This document shows, piece after piece, positions 21,646 through 31,931 of a stretch of DNA of 64,000 nt. The stretch is from positions 911,619 to 975,618 of the forward strand of contig JASGGW010000001.1 of assembly GCA_047602605.1 (NCBI GenBank), read 5' to 3'. The notes under the pieces were generated by a model. The model did no database searches and was not told the origin of the DNA. It worked only from the letters and a program-made list of their open reading frames with translations. Numbering within the stretch: the first letter of the stretch is position 1; each line of letters opens with the position of its first letter. Source of the DNA: Ferruginibacter sp. (GTDB lineage: Bacteria > Bacteroidota > Bacteroidia > Chitinophagales > Chitinophagaceae). Both the position numbers and the translations under genes were made by a program.

Positions 21646-21789
21646 AGTTAATTGGTTTAACCTTTAAAAATTTAACAGATATAGCTAATTTTAGGAAAGG
21701 ATAGGGCGGGAGGCAAAGTAAGGGAAAATATTGCTGTTCTATGAACAAAGGGATGATATTTTTCCGGCTAAATTTTATGAAGCATTCAA

Positions 21790-24700
21790 ATGAAAAATTA
21801 CACATTAAATAATAGTATGAAGGGTGCTTTTATAGCGGCTTTCTTATGTGTGGGATATTTAATATTTGCTACGTTCAGTAATCTTCACGAAACTGAAAAG
21901 GAAAGCGATAAGATAAAAGCATCGTTGGGGCGCTTGCTGAGGCTTGAGAATTTATTGGTGAATGTAAAATCAATTGAATCAGGACAAAGAGGGTATGTGC
22001 TTTCGGGCGATGAAAGTTACCTGGGTTCTTATTACCGGGGCATTATTGGGGTAAAAAGAGATACGGCCGCTTTGAAGAAGCTGGGTTACAGCTATGTGGA
22101 TGATACAGATTACCAGATCAAGCTGCTGTCGTTTATCAACCGGAAGATCAGTCATTCGGATGATATCATTACCATCTTCAGGAGCTATGGCCTCGACTCA
22201 GCATCGAAAAGGCTGCAATCGAAAGAAGGCATTGCCATGATGGACAGCATCGGTATATATGTGCTGGAGCTGGAGAAAAATGACCGGGCATTGCTGCGCT
22301 CTGCTTACCTTAACACCGAAACACTGGCCCGTGAAACCACCTGGCAGCTTTCTTTGCTGGCCGTGGTGTTCTTATTTATATTGGGCATTGCTCTTTATAT
22401 TACCAACCGTGACTTTAAGAAAATAGTGGCATCCGAAAAAAAGCTGAAGTTCAACGCTTCACTTATCCGCAATATCTCTGATCCCATCATTACTACCAAT
22501 ATAGATGATACCATTACCAACTGGAATATCTACGCCGAGCAGCTGTATGGTTTCAGGGAAAAGGAAGTGCTGGGTAAGAATATTTTTGAAGTGCTGAAAG
22601 TAAGTCCCGGTCACCGGGATCTGGAATACGCCATTTTTCACCAGAATGAAAATGATTACTGGAAAGGGGAATCGATGCATCATCATAAAAACGGCGAACC
22701 TGTTTTCGTGGAAGTATCGGTTTCTTCCATCAAGGATGATTATTCAAAAACGGTGGGTTATGTATCGGTGATAAGGGATATTACTTTCCGTAAAAAAGCA
22801 GAGGCCGAGCTGCATAAGCTGAAGAATAACCTGGAAGATGAAGTGAAGATCAAATCGGCAGAACTGAAGAATTTCTTTTCCAGGATCACGGATGCTTTTA
22901 TTGCGCTTGACAATAAATGGAACTATACTTATATTAATAAACAGGCTGCTGAATTTCATGGCATGCCTGCGGAAGAGCTGCTGGGGAAAAATATCTGGGA
23001 GCAGTTTCCCGATGTGGTGATGGAGCCTTTTTACGATGCTCTGCAGGTCGCCAAGCAAACCGGAGAAGTGCAGCGGGTGCAGCTGTACTATTCAAAAGTG
23101 AACCGCTGGTTTGAAGACCTTATCTATCCTTCGGAAGATGGTATTTCGGTGTATTATCATGATATTACCAAGCGTAAGGAAGCCGAGCTGGCACTGGAGC
23201 TGGCCCACGAAAAGCTCAATTATCATATCAATAACACACCGATGGCCGTGGTGGAATTCAATGTGAACGGCAAAGTGGTGCAATGGAGCGAAAGGGCCAC
23301 TGAAATTTTCGGGTGGACGAAGGAAGAAACTTTCGCCATGGACGATGTATTCAAACAGCTGGTGTACGGCGAAGATCTTTCTTATGTAAGGAATGCCATT
23401 GAAGAGCTGTCTTATAAATTCAATAACCAGAGCGTATTTGAAATAAGAAATGTAACCAGGCAGGGTAAGATCATTTATTGCGAATGGTACAATTCGGTGC
23501 TCAGGGATGCGGAAGGAAATATCATCGGCGTGATGTCGCTGGTGAAGGATAATACCGAACGCAGGAACGCCACCATTGAGCTGGAAGAATCAAGAACAGA
23601 GCTGCAGAAATCCAACGACCGCTTTGAGCTGGTAGCCAAGGCAACCAATGATGCTATCTGGGATTGGGACCTGGAACGTAAAATGATCTGGGGTAACGAA
23701 GCCTTCTGCCAGTTGTTTGCAGCCGATGTTGAATCAGAGTTCGGCCTCAATGATTTTGCTGAAAGAATGCATCCCGATGACCGGGAATGGGTAATGAACC
23801 TGCTGATTGAGGCGTTTAACAAAGGTGAAACTTTTATCAACGTAGAGTTCAGGCTGATGCTGGCCAATAAGCTGCAATATATTACAGTGAATGATAAAGC
23901 GCATATCCTGTACAATAGTGCCGGGAAGCCTGTCCGTTTACTGGGCGCCCTGCAGGATGTAACGCATGGCAGGCTTTATGAGCAGCGCATCATTCTTGAA
24001 AAGGAATTGTCCGACAGCATCATCAACAGCCTGCCGGGTATTTTTTACCTGTACAATGCAGAAGGCGTGCTGTATCGCTGGAACAAGAACTATGAAATCG
24101 TAACCGGCCTCAGCGGCGAAGAGCTTAAAAAAATACACCCGCTGGAGCTTATTGCTCCTGAAGATCTGCGGTCTGTACGGAACAGGATCAAAACTGTTTT
24201 TGAAAAAGGCGAAGACTTTGTAGAAGCGCACCTGGTTACCCGCTGGGGTAAAAAGATGCCTTTCTACTTCACAGGCCGTGTGATACATTATGAAGGGGAA
24301 ACCTGCCTCATGGGTGTGGGCATGGATATTTCGGAAAGAGTGAGATCGCAGCAGGACCTGGCGGTAAGCGAGCAGAAATACCGTACAATTATTGAGCAGG
24401 CATCCGATGGTATTTTCATCAGCAACCAGAAAGGAGAATACATTGATGTAAACTCCAACGGCAGCAAGCTTTCCGGCTATGAAAAAGAAGAATTGCTCAA
24501 GCTTACCATCTACGATCTTATGAGCAGCGAAGAAGCGGCCACCAACCCGATCAGGATCGATGAGCTGAAGCAGGGTGGAGTAGTGATCAATGAAAGAAAA
24601 ATGAAGCGCAAGGACGGTAGTACCATTGATGTGGAGATAAGCGCCAAGCTATTGATCGATGGGCGTTTCCTGGGAATGGTAAGGGATATCACCGAAAGAA

Positions 24701-25746
24701 AAAGGGCAGAGGATGAGCTGAAACTGTCGGAAGAGAAATATCGTCTTCTCTTTTACCAGAACCCCATGCCGATGTGGATGCTCTCCATGCCGCACCGTAA
24801 TTTCCTGGATGTGAATGCAGCTGCCATACAGTTTTACGGCTACAGCCGGGAAGAATTTCTATCCATGAATATTATGGATCTGCGGCCGGGAGAAGATTAC
24901 CTGCAGCTCAATGAAAACGGCAAGGAAGGCATCAATGATGCCGGTGTGTTCGACCTGCTGAAAAAAGATGGCAGCGTGGCTATGGTAAATATTATTTCAC
25001 ATGATATTTATTACGAAGGCAAACCTGCCAGGCTGGTGCTGGCCAACGATGTCACAGAGAGAATTGAAGCAGAAGAAAAATTAAAGGAGTCGCACGAAAG
25101 CTACCGCCAGCTGGCATCGCACCTGGAAACCATCCGGGAAGCGGAGCGTACGCATATTGCCCGTGAAATACATGACGAGCTGGGGCAGCAGCTCACCGGT
25201 TTGAAAATGGATATCTCCTGGCTGAGCAAAAAAATAATCACCGATGATGTGAATGTGCAGAGCAAAGTGTCGGAAACGATTGAGCTCATCGATGCCACCG
25301 TAAAAACGGTGCGGAGAATTGCCACCGAGCTGCGGCCAAGCATACTGGATGACCTGGGGCTTATTGCGGCGATGGAATGGCAGACGGAAGAATTTGAAAA
25401 GCGATGCGGCATCAGCGCCAGCTTTGAAAGCAATGTAACAGCGGTTACGGTGAATACGGAGCTGGCTACCGGTATTTTCCGCATTTACCAGGAAAGCCTT
25501 ACCAATGTAATGCGTCATGCGCATGCCGATCATACCACGGCTTCGCTGCAGGTGAATGATCATTTTATCAAGCTTATTATCAATGATAATGGCAAAGGCT
25601 TTGTGGTGGAAGAAATTGCGAACAAAAAAACACTGGGTCTCATGGGAATGAGAGAGCGGGCAACGCTGATGGGCGGCACCTATGAAATTATCAGTTCGCC
25701 GCAAAATGGCACCACCGTAATTATTATGGTTCCTTTCAGAAAATAA
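21790..25746 (+). CDS. Membrane sensor histidine kinase (CHASE3, multiple PAS/PAC, HisKA_3)
   Basis: Two TM segments flanking ESGQRGYVLSG; repeated DITxRK PAC ends; ERTHIAREIHDELGQ; LGLMGMRERA. Confidence 0.92.
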   Translation: MKNYTLNNSMKGAFIAAFLCVGYLIFATFSNLHETEKESDKIKASLGRLLRLENLLVNVKSIESGQRGYVLSGDESYLGSYYRGIIGVKRDTAALKKLGYSYVDDTDYQIKLLSFINRKISHSDDIITIFRSYGLDSASKRLQSKEGIAMMDSIGIYVLELEKNDRALLRSAYLNTETLARETTWQLSLLAVVFLFILGIALYITNRDFKKIVASEKKLKFNASLIRNISDPIITTNIDDTITNWNIYAEQLYGFREKEVLGKNIFEVLKVSPGHRDLEYAIFHQNENDYWKGESMHHHKNGEPVFVEVSVSSIKDDYSKTVGYVSVIRDITFRKKAEAELHKLKNNLEDEVKIKSAELKNFFSRITDAFIALDNKWNYTYINKQAAEFHGMPAEELLGKNIWEQFPDVVMEPFYDALQVAKQTGEVQRVQLYYSKVNRWFEDLIYPSEDGISVYYHDITKRKEAELALELAHEKLNYHINNTPMAVVEFNVNGKVVQWSERATEIFGWTKEETFAMDDVFKQLVYGEDLSYVRNAIEELSYKFNNQSVFEIRNVTRQGKIIYCEWYNSVLRDAEGNIIGVMSLVKDNTERRNATIELEESRTELQKSNDRFELVAKATNDAIWDWDLERKMIWGNEAFCQLFAADVESEFGLNDFAERMHPDDREWVMNLLIEAFNKGETFINVEFRLMLANKLQYITVNDKAHILYNSAGKPVRLLGALQDVTHGRLYEQRIILEKELSDSIINSLPGIFYLYNAEGVLYRWNKNYEIVTGLSGEELKKIHPLELIAPEDLRSVRNRIKTVFEKGEDFVEAHLVTRWGKKMPFYFTGRVIHYEGETCLMGVGMDISERVRSQQDLAVSEQKYRTIIEQASDGIFISNQKGEYIDVNSNGSKLSGYEKEELLKLTIYDLMSSEEAATNPIRIDELKQGGVVINERKMKRKDGSTIDVEISAKLLIDGRFLGMVRDITERKRAEDELKLSEEKYRLLFYQNPMPMWMLSMPHRNFLDVNAAAIQFYGYSREEFLSMNIMDLRPGEDYLQLNENGKEGINDAGVFDLLKKDGSVAMVNIISHDIYYEGKPARLVLANDVTERIEAEEKLKESHESYRQLASHLETIREAERTHIAREIHDELGQQLTGLKMDISWLSKKIITDDVNVQSKVSETIELIDATVKTVRRIATELRPSILDDLGLIAAMEWQTEEFEKRCGISASFESNVTAVTVNTELATGIFRIYQESLTNVMRHAHADHTTASLQVNDHFIKLIINDNGKGFVVEEIANKKTLGLMGMRERATLMGGTYEIISSPQNGTTVIIMVPFRK

Positions 25747-25780
25747 TAATATATTAGGTTGGCAATTTAAATATATACGA

Positions 25781-26410
25781 ATGATAAGGGTACTCATAGC
25801 AGATGATCACAGCGTGGTAAGAAGGGGGCTCAAGCAGATTTTGCTGGAGGGCTTTCCTACGGCTTACATCGAAGAAGTACCTGATGCGGAAGACCTGGTG
25901 AAAAAAGTGCTGACGGCCGAATGGGATGTGGTGATCAGCGACCTCAGTATGCCGGGCCGGAGCGGACTGGAAGCATTGCAGCAGATCAAGCAGGTGCAGC
26001 CAAAGCTGCCGGTGCTTATATTGAGCATTCACCCGGAAGAACAGTATGCTATCCGTGTGCTGAAATCCGGGGCATCGGGCTACCTGAGCAAAGACAGCGC
26101 TCCCGATGAGCTGGTAAATGCCGTTCAACGGGTATTGCTGGGCAAAAAATATATAACAGATACCATTGCAGAAAAGCTGGCGGCAGTGCTTGACCAGGAC
26201 TCCGACCGTCCTCCGCACGAAAATCTATCCGACAGGGAATTCAGTGTGCTTAAAATGCTTGCGGCAGGTAAATCGGTATCGGATATTGCAGAATCCCTCT
26301 TTTTAAGCGTTACCACGGTGAGCACTTACCGCAGCCGCATCATGGCTAAAATGAATATGAAAAGCAACGCTGATCTTACGCTGTACGCAGTAGAGCACAA
26401 GCTCCTTTAA
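25781..26410 (+). CDS. NarL/UvrY(GacA)-like response regulator
   Basis: VLIADDHSVVRRGL, DLSMPGRSG, LSDREF..TVSTYRSRIMAKM. Confidence 0.92.
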   Translation: MIRVLIADDHSVVRRGLKQILLEGFPTAYIEEVPDAEDLVKKVLTAEWDVVISDLSMPGRSGLEALQQIKQVQPKLPVLILSIHPEEQYAIRVLKSGASGYLSKDSAPDELVNAVQRVLLGKKYITDTIAEKLAAVLDQDSDRPPHENLSDREFSVLKMLAAGKSVSDIAESLFLSVTTVSTYRSRIMAKMNMKSNADLTLYAVEHKLL

Positions 26411-26424
26411 CTTCGTCTATACGG

Positions 26425-26442
26425 TGTAGAAAGCTTACTACA
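26425..26442. promoter_or_regulatory. 18-bp inverted repeat TGTAG-N8-CTACA upstream of a -7 promoter element (TAATTTTG, 26486-26493)
   Basis: GTGTAG aaagctta CTACAC; the same box recurs at 57912 and 57947. Confidence 0.55.
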
Positions 26443-26506
26443 CAATCTTAGTAGCTCCCTTACAAGGTGATTTACTGGCAGCGCCTAATTTTGCCTTCAA
26501 ATCACT

Positions 26507-26917
26507 ATGATGAAAGAAGCTTCAATAAAGGCGTTGATTGTTGATGATTCAGACATTGTAGTGGATCGCCTGAACGGAATCGTTTCCGAGATGGATTTTG
26601 TGAACCCCGTTTTAATATCCAATTCTTTTCAACACGCTGTAGAGCTTATTAATTTTGAATTGCCTGATATTGTTTTATTAGACATTCATCTGAACGATCA
26701 GCAAAGCGGCATTGAGCTTTTAACTTATATTAAGTCCAATCATCCTACAATAAAAACCATCGTCGTTACCAACCGGGTAAGCGATTATTATAAAGAGCTT
26801 TGTCAGCAAAAAGGTGCAGATGGATTCGTGGATAAATCTACCGAGTTTGAAAGTATTCCTTCCCTGATCGAGAATTTTTTTTGTTATAATAGCACCGGAG
26901 CCAATATCCTGAATTAA
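26507..26917 (+). CDS. Single-domain response regulator
   Basis: LIVDDS, PDIVLLDI, GADGFVDK; no output domain. Confidence 0.85.
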   Translation: MMKEASIKALIVDDSDIVVDRLNGIVSEMDFVNPVLISNSFQHAVELINFELPDIVLLDIHLNDQQSGIELLTYIKSNHPTIKTIVVTNRVSDYYKELCQQKGADGFVDKSTEFESIPSLIENFFCYNSTGANILN

Positions 26918-26966
26918 AACCGACTCCAAAGGTTAATGATTTTCAAAGTTGCATTAACTCATGCTT

Positions 26967-26993
26967 ACCGATAGTTCCACTATCGGTTTTTTT
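26967..26993 (+). terminator. Intrinsic terminator
   Basis: ACCGATAGT-tcc-ACTATCGGT followed by a T tract. Confidence 0.65.
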
Positions 26994-28779
26994 ATGAGTA
27001 GATCCTTTCCACCGCATCTTTGAATTTCTCCATAATGATCTTTCTTTTCAGTGAAAGCTTGGGCGTCATTTCGCCGGTATCCACGCTCCATTCATTGGGC
27101 AGCAATTCAAATTTCTTGATCTGCTCCACGTGGTTGAAATATTTATTGAAAGATTCGATAAGCTCCCGGTAATGGTCCAGCACTTTGGGATTACGGATCG
27201 CTTCTTCATTGGTTGTAAAAGGAATGTTGTTCTGTAGCATCCATTCCTTCAGGTTGGTAAAGGAAGGAACGATCAGTGCGCCTACAAATTTTTTATCTGC
27301 TCCCACCACGATCAGCTGCTCTACAAAAGGCGATTCCTTCATCTTGTTCTCAATCGGCTGCGGCGCCACATATTTGCCCCCGCTGGTTTTAAACATTTCC
27401 TTTTTACGATCGGTGATCTTCAGGAATTTGCCGTCTTCAAATACACCGATATCGCCTGTATGCAGCCAGCCGTCGATGACTGTTTCGGCCGTCAGTTCCG
27501 GTTGCTTGTAGTAACCCATCATTACGCTGGGGCCCTTTACGCAGATCTCGCCGTCGGCTTCCAGCTTCACTTCCTGTCCTTTGATCGGCGGGCCTACTGT
27601 GCCAAATTTGGTGCGGCCTTCCCCTTTGGAGTTTACGCTGATCACCGGGCTGTTCTCCGTTGGGCCATAGCCTTCGTAAATGGGTATCTGCGCTGCCGTA
27701 AAAATTCTTATCAGCCGTACCTGGCAGGCGGCGCCGCCGGTTACGATCAGTTCTACATTGCCTCCCAGCGCTTCTCTCCATTTGCTGAAAATAAGCTTGT
27801 TGGCTAGCGCCAGCTGCATGCGGTAACCCAGCGTACCTTTTTTAAGATTATCATAATCCTTCGCCAGGTCAACTGCCCAGTAAAATAATTTCTTTTTGAT
27901 GCCGGTCTGCTCTGCACCCTTGCTCATGATACGTTCGTACACTTTTTCCAGCAGCCTCGGTACAGTGGTGAACATATTCGGCTTTACCTCTTTGAGATTG
28001 TCGCCGATGGTCTCCAGGCTCTCGGCATAATAAATAGAAACGCCCGTGTGTATGTACAGGTAGGAGATCATGCGTTCAAAAATATGATTGAGCGGTAAAA
28101 AGCTCAGCGCCTTTGCATCCGGTCTTTCCTGGAAGGGGAAAGAAGCTACCGAATTCAGCACATTGCTCACCAGGTTGCGGTGGCTCAGCATAACGCCTTT
28201 GGGCTTGCCCGTTGTGCCCGATGTATAAATAATGGTGGCGCAATCTTCCGCCCTGATCGTCTCCCTGTTCTTCACCAGCCTGTCTGTATCGTTGCTGTCA
28301 ACATTTTCCATCAGCTCTTCCCAATAACGGGTGCCTTCCATTTTATCAAAGCTGTATATGCCCTGCAGCGAAGGAACATTGCTGCGGATGATGTTTACTT
28401 TTTCCAGGATATCATCACCGGTAATAAAAACATATTTAATGGCTGCATCGTTGAAAATATATTCCAGCTCCGATACATTGGTTGTAGGGTAGATAGGGCA
28501 AAGCAATGCACCGGTCTGCTGTGTGGCCAGGTCGAGCATCAGCCACTCGGGCCGGTTCTTGCTGATAACGGCAATTTTATCCCGGTTCTCCACTGCCATG
28601 TCGTGCCCGTGCAGACCCAGCTTCATGAGGCCTGCTCCCAGCCTTTTTGTTCGTTCTTCTACAGCAGCTGTACTGATGGGTGTATAAACCCCGTTCACTT
28701 TGCCCGCTATCATATCTTCTTTCGGAAAACGCTCTAACTGTTGGTATAAAAAATCGAAAAGTCTGGAATATTCGTTCAT
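26992..28779 (-). CDS. Long-chain fatty acid-CoA ligase
   Basis: IIYTSGTTGKPKGV, YEGYG, WLHTGDIG, ITDRKKEMFKTSGGKYVAP. Confidence 0.92.
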   Translation of the reverse strand: MNEYSRLFDFLYQQLERFPKEDMIAGKVNGVYTPISTAAVEERTKRLGAGLMKLGLHGHDMAVENRDKIAVISKNRPEWLMLDLATQQTGALLCPIYPTTNVSELEYIFNDAAIKYVFITGDDILEKVNIIRSNVPSLQGIYSFDKMEGTRYWEELMENVDSNDTDRLVKNRETIRAEDCATIIYTSGTTGKPKGVMLSHRNLVSNVLNSVASFPFQERPDAKALSFLPLNHIFERMISYLYIHTGVSIYYAESLETIGDNLKEVKPNMFTTVPRLLEKVYERIMSKGAEQTGIKKKLFYWAVDLAKDYDNLKKGTLGYRMQLALANKLIFSKWREALGGNVELIVTGGAACQVRLIRIFTAAQIPIYEGYGPTENSPVISVNSKGEGRTKFGTVGPPIKGQEVKLEADGEICVKGPSVMMGYYKQPELTAETVIDGWLHTGDIGVFEDGKFLKITDRKKEMFKTSGGKYVAPQPIENKMKESPFVEQLIVVGADKKFVGALIVPSFTNLKEWMLQNNIPFTTNEEAIRNPKVLDHYRELIESFNKYFNHVEQIKKFELLPNEWSVDTGEMTPKLSLKRKIIMEKFKDAVERIYS

Positions 28780-28852
28780 AACCCGTATGCTGTTTAGAAT
28801 AATAAGCCACGCAGAAAATGATTTCTTTACAATGGCAGTTATCTAAGGTAAT

Positions 28853-28882
28853 AAAAAAAGCCATCCTGTAATAAGGATGGCT
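28853..28882 (-). terminator. Intrinsic terminator of the yceI-like gene
   Basis: AGCCATCCT/AGGATGGCT stem with an A run (U tract on the minus strand). Confidence 0.7.
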
Positions 28883-28902
28883 CTATAAATAAAATTGCCC
28901 GG

Positions 28903-29565
28903 TTATTTTTTTATAGCAGAAACTGCCAGTTTGATGTTCACAGCTTTGCTGATCACCCAATCCTGCGGATTGTTCGGACCTTTGTAATTCATACCCCATA
29001 ATGTTCTGTCGATATCGAAATCAGCTACGGCAGTGATCTTGTTGCCCTCAACCGTAACTTTTGCAGGGAATGCAATGTTTTTGGTGCTGTCTTTCAGGGT
29101 CAGGTTGCCTTTGATAAGATTGGTTGCATCTTTCAGTTTGCTGGTGCTGTCGGCAACATACGATTCAACTGAAGTGATCTCGAACTTAGCGGTAGGAAAT
29201 TTTGCTGCATCAAAAAAGTCGGGACTTTTTAAATGTCCTTCCAGTCCGCCTTTTTGTTTGGCATCATTGGCCAGGTCGATATTGTTCAGAGAATTGATAT
29301 CGATGGTGAAGCTGCCACCGGTCAATGCATTGTTGTTGGCCAGCAGGCTGCCTTCAGATACTTTAAAAGTACCGGTATGCGAACCTGTAGGTTTGCTGCC
29401 TGTCCATGTTACCAGGGTAGTGCTGTCAATAGCGTAGCTGGTGCCGGTGGTTGCAGAAGAATCTACTGCCTGTGTATCGGTAGTAGCAGCCTTATCTGCG
29501 TTGGATGAGTTATTGCAGGCCGCAAAAATGGCTGCTGCAGAAATAAATAATGCGATCTTTTTCAT
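28903..29565 (-). CDS. YceI-family lipoprotein
   Basis: MKKIALF..FAAC lipobox; HLKSPDFFDAAKFPTAKF, GNLTLK, IDRTLWG. Confidence 0.9.
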   Translation of the reverse strand: MKKIALFISAAAIFAACNNSSNADKAATTDTQAVDSSATTGTSYAIDSTTLVTWTGSKPTGSHTGTFKVSEGSLLANNNALTGGSFTIDINSLNNIDLANDAKQKGGLEGHLKSPDFFDAAKFPTAKFEITSVESYVADSTSKLKDATNLIKGNLTLKDSTKNIAFPAKVTVEGNKITAVADFDIDRTLWGMNYKGPNNPQDWVISKAVNIKLAVSAIKK

Positions 29566-29635
29566 TGTTTTAATTTTTATCAGGATGCAAATATATAATA
29601 AATAATTCAAAAACAATGTTTAAACACCGAATATT

Positions 29636-30643
29636 TTATTTGTAGTATTCCCCGGTGGGTATTTTGAATACCCTGCCCTTCTGGAAATTCAGGAATTCAT
29701 CATAAACGGTGTTATGGGTGCTTACCCAGTTTTGAAAAGCGGCCAGGTTTTGCGCACTGCCGAATATCCATTGATTGTAGGCGTCAAAGAGGCCGTCTCT
29801 CAGCAATTGCTGCTGTAAAGCAAACAGGCGGTATTTGAATTTATTGCTGTCTGCATTGGTAAACCAGTTGAGGATAAAACGGGTGCGGATCATCGTAAGC
29901 GTTTCTGTGTTGATACCGTTGGATGCCACGCCCGATTCTTTGTTCATCTCTTTCAAAAAGGCATTGGCAAAAACGGATTTGTCTGTATTGTTCTTGGTGA
30001 TATCGCTGCTGCTGTAGAGCTTCTTGTAACTGTCGAGCAATATCTGTTTGATCTCGGGGGTATTCCTGCCCAATGGTTCCATGTTGATGAAGATCTCGCC
30101 GTAGAGCAGGCTCCATACCTTATCGGTGGTAAAATAATAATAGCGTGCGGCATTGTAATAATTCCTGCTGTAGGAAGGATCCACTTCGATGCCTTTTTCC
30201 CATTGTTTGATGGCGTCATAATCTTTTTGCTCCCACAGCAATTCACCCAATTCATTGTACAGCGGGCCGCTTTCGGGGAAACGTTTCAATGCTTTGCGGT
30301 ACATTTTTTCTGTTTCCTTGGGCTTGTTGGCCTGGCGGTAAATCAATCCTGCTACCTGTATCGTCTGGTCATCAATATTATCCTTGTCAATGATCTTGTT
30401 GATGGTTTCCAGCGCCATTGGGTTATCTGCCTTATAATAATAAGCCATGGCCAGGTCCTTGATCACCGAATTGTTGCCCGGCTCCAGCTCGGCCGCTCTT
30501 TTCAATACCAGGACGGCGTTGGCATAATCACCTTGCCTTACAAAACCCCTGGCTGTTTCCTGCAGCTGGGAAGCCGATTGCGATTGGGCATTGCCAACTG
30601 CTACCGTTGCACAGAACGCCAGCATTAAAACTGTTACTTTCAT
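29636..30643 (-). CDS. Secreted tetratricopeptide-repeat protein
   Basis: Signal peptide; TPR patterns (YRKALKRFP..LYNELG, WEKGIEVDP). Confidence 0.75.
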   Translation of the reverse strand: MKVTVLMLAFCATVAVGNAQSQSASQLQETARGFVRQGDYANAVLVLKRAAELEPGNNSVIKDLAMAYYYKADNPMALETINKIIDKDNIDDQTIQVAGLIYRQANKPKETEKMYRKALKRFPESGPLYNELGELLWEQKDYDAIKQWEKGIEVDPSYSRNYYNAARYYYFTTDKVWSLLYGEIFINMEPLGRNTPEIKQILLDSYKKLYSSSDITKNNTDKSVFANAFLKEMNKESGVASNGINTETLTMIRTRFILNWFTNADSNKFKYRLFALQQQLLRDGLFDAYNQWIFGSAQNLAAFQNWVSTHNTVYDEFLNFQKGRVFKIPTGEYYK

Positions 30644-30735
30644 CGGATAAAGATAAATAACCCATCCTAATAAATCAGGCCCGGGCTTATTTTATAAATC
30701 ATTTTAACATGATATAGATAACTTTAGGAATCTAA

Positions 30736-31881
30736 ATGATCTATATGCAATTGTTTCGTGTAATACTGGCTGTTATATGCTTGCCTGCTACGGCTGCAGC
30801 CCAGGATATATCCGGTTTATGGACAGGCTACCTCAGCACCACCGAAAAAACATTGCCCTACGAGGTGGTGATCAATAAAAAGAACGGGACATGGGTGGCC
30901 TATTCGCATATCAGCTTTAATGTAAACGGTAAGGATATCACTTCTGTAAAAAAGCTGAAAGTGCTGTACGAATACCGGCACCTTACGCTGGAAGACGATG
31001 ACCTGCTGAAAGATAATTTTGATAAAGCTGCTCCCAAAAAGATCAGCCAGACCAGTGAACTAGATTTCAGGCAGCATGGGAAGCAGATGGTGCTGGAAGG
31101 AACTTTCAAAACAAAGCGCACCCGCAGCCTGCGACCGGCAGAAGGGGTGATCGTATTGTATAAAAATCCCGATCCGGTCAATGCGGAAGCCCGTATTCAG
31201 CCGGAACTGAAAGAACTGCAGCTGGATGATGCGCTGGCTGTTTTTAAGCCATTACCCCCTGTTGCGGATGTTGCCGTGAATGAACCGGTAAAAGAGCCGG
31301 AGCCGGTGAAGGTTGCAGCACCTGCACCCACACCCGGTAAAGAACCTGTGGTAGCTGCCACAAAACCAGCCGTTGTTCCAAAGCCTGCTCCTGTAACGGT
31401 TGCGGCAACCAGGCCTGCAGTTACGCCTGCGCCTGCGCCGGAAAAACAACCTTCGCAGGTTCCTGTGAAACCAGCCCCTGTGGTGGCTTCAGCGCCGCCG
31501 CCACCGCTGCCTTTATTGCCGGCAGTAGATATGAGCAATCGTAAAATTGATGTGATCGATAATATCACCGTTTACAGCGACAGCCTGGTGTTCAGCATTT
31601 ATGATAATGGGGAAGTGGATGGCGATACCGTAAGCGTAGTGCTGAACGGAAGGACGATCATGTCGAAACAACGCCTGAGCGCCAAAGCGCTTACGCAAAC
31701 CGTTTATCTCACTCCCGACCTGGGCGATACACTGGAAATTGTTATGTATGCAGAGAACATGGGGTTGTACCCGCCGAATACCGGCCTGCTGATCCTGCAG
31801 GACGGCAACCGGCGAAGGGAAGTGCGTTTCTCCGGCGATCTGAAAAAGAATGCGGCCATTATGCTGCATCGTGCTAAATAA
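30736..31881 (+). CDS. Secreted hypothetical protein: two domains joined by a Pro/Ala/Val-rich linker
   Basis: Signal peptide AQDISGLWTG; C-terminal YDNGEVDGDTVS..AENMGLYPPNTG domain. Confidence 0.7.
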   Translation: MIYMQLFRVILAVICLPATAAAQDISGLWTGYLSTTEKTLPYEVVINKKNGTWVAYSHISFNVNGKDITSVKKLKVLYEYRHLTLEDDDLLKDNFDKAAPKKISQTSELDFRQHGKQMVLEGTFKTKRTRSLRPAEGVIVLYKNPDPVNAEARIQPELKELQLDDALAVFKPLPPVADVAVNEPVKEPEPVKVAAPAPTPGKEPVVAATKPAVVPKPAPVTVAATRPAVTPAPAPEKQPSQVPVKPAPVVASAPPPPLPLLPAVDMSNRKIDVIDNITVYSDSLVFSIYDNGEVDGDTVSVVLNGRTIMSKQRLSAKALTQTVYLTPDLGDTLEIVMYAENMGLYPPNTGLLILQDGNRRREVRFSGDLKKNAAIMLHRAK

Positions 31882-31918
31882 AAAAGATAAAGGCCGCATT
31901 TGCGGCCTTTATCTTTTT
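31881..31918. terminator. Bidirectional intrinsic terminator
   Basis: 18-bp perfect inverted repeat AAAAAGATAAAGGCCGCA/TGCGGCCTTTATCTTTTT between convergent genes. Confidence 0.85.
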
Positions 31919-31931
31919 ATCACTCATCTTT

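Noticed and set aside
25081-26218. Long antisense ORFs (238 and 154 aa), and similar ones elsewhere
   Set aside because: Shadow frames opposite well-supported genes
28903-29616. Extended ORF-track starts for yceI, tetR, copA and lytS
   Set aside because: Downstream ATGs fit better; for yceI and tetR the extensions overlap -7 promoter elements
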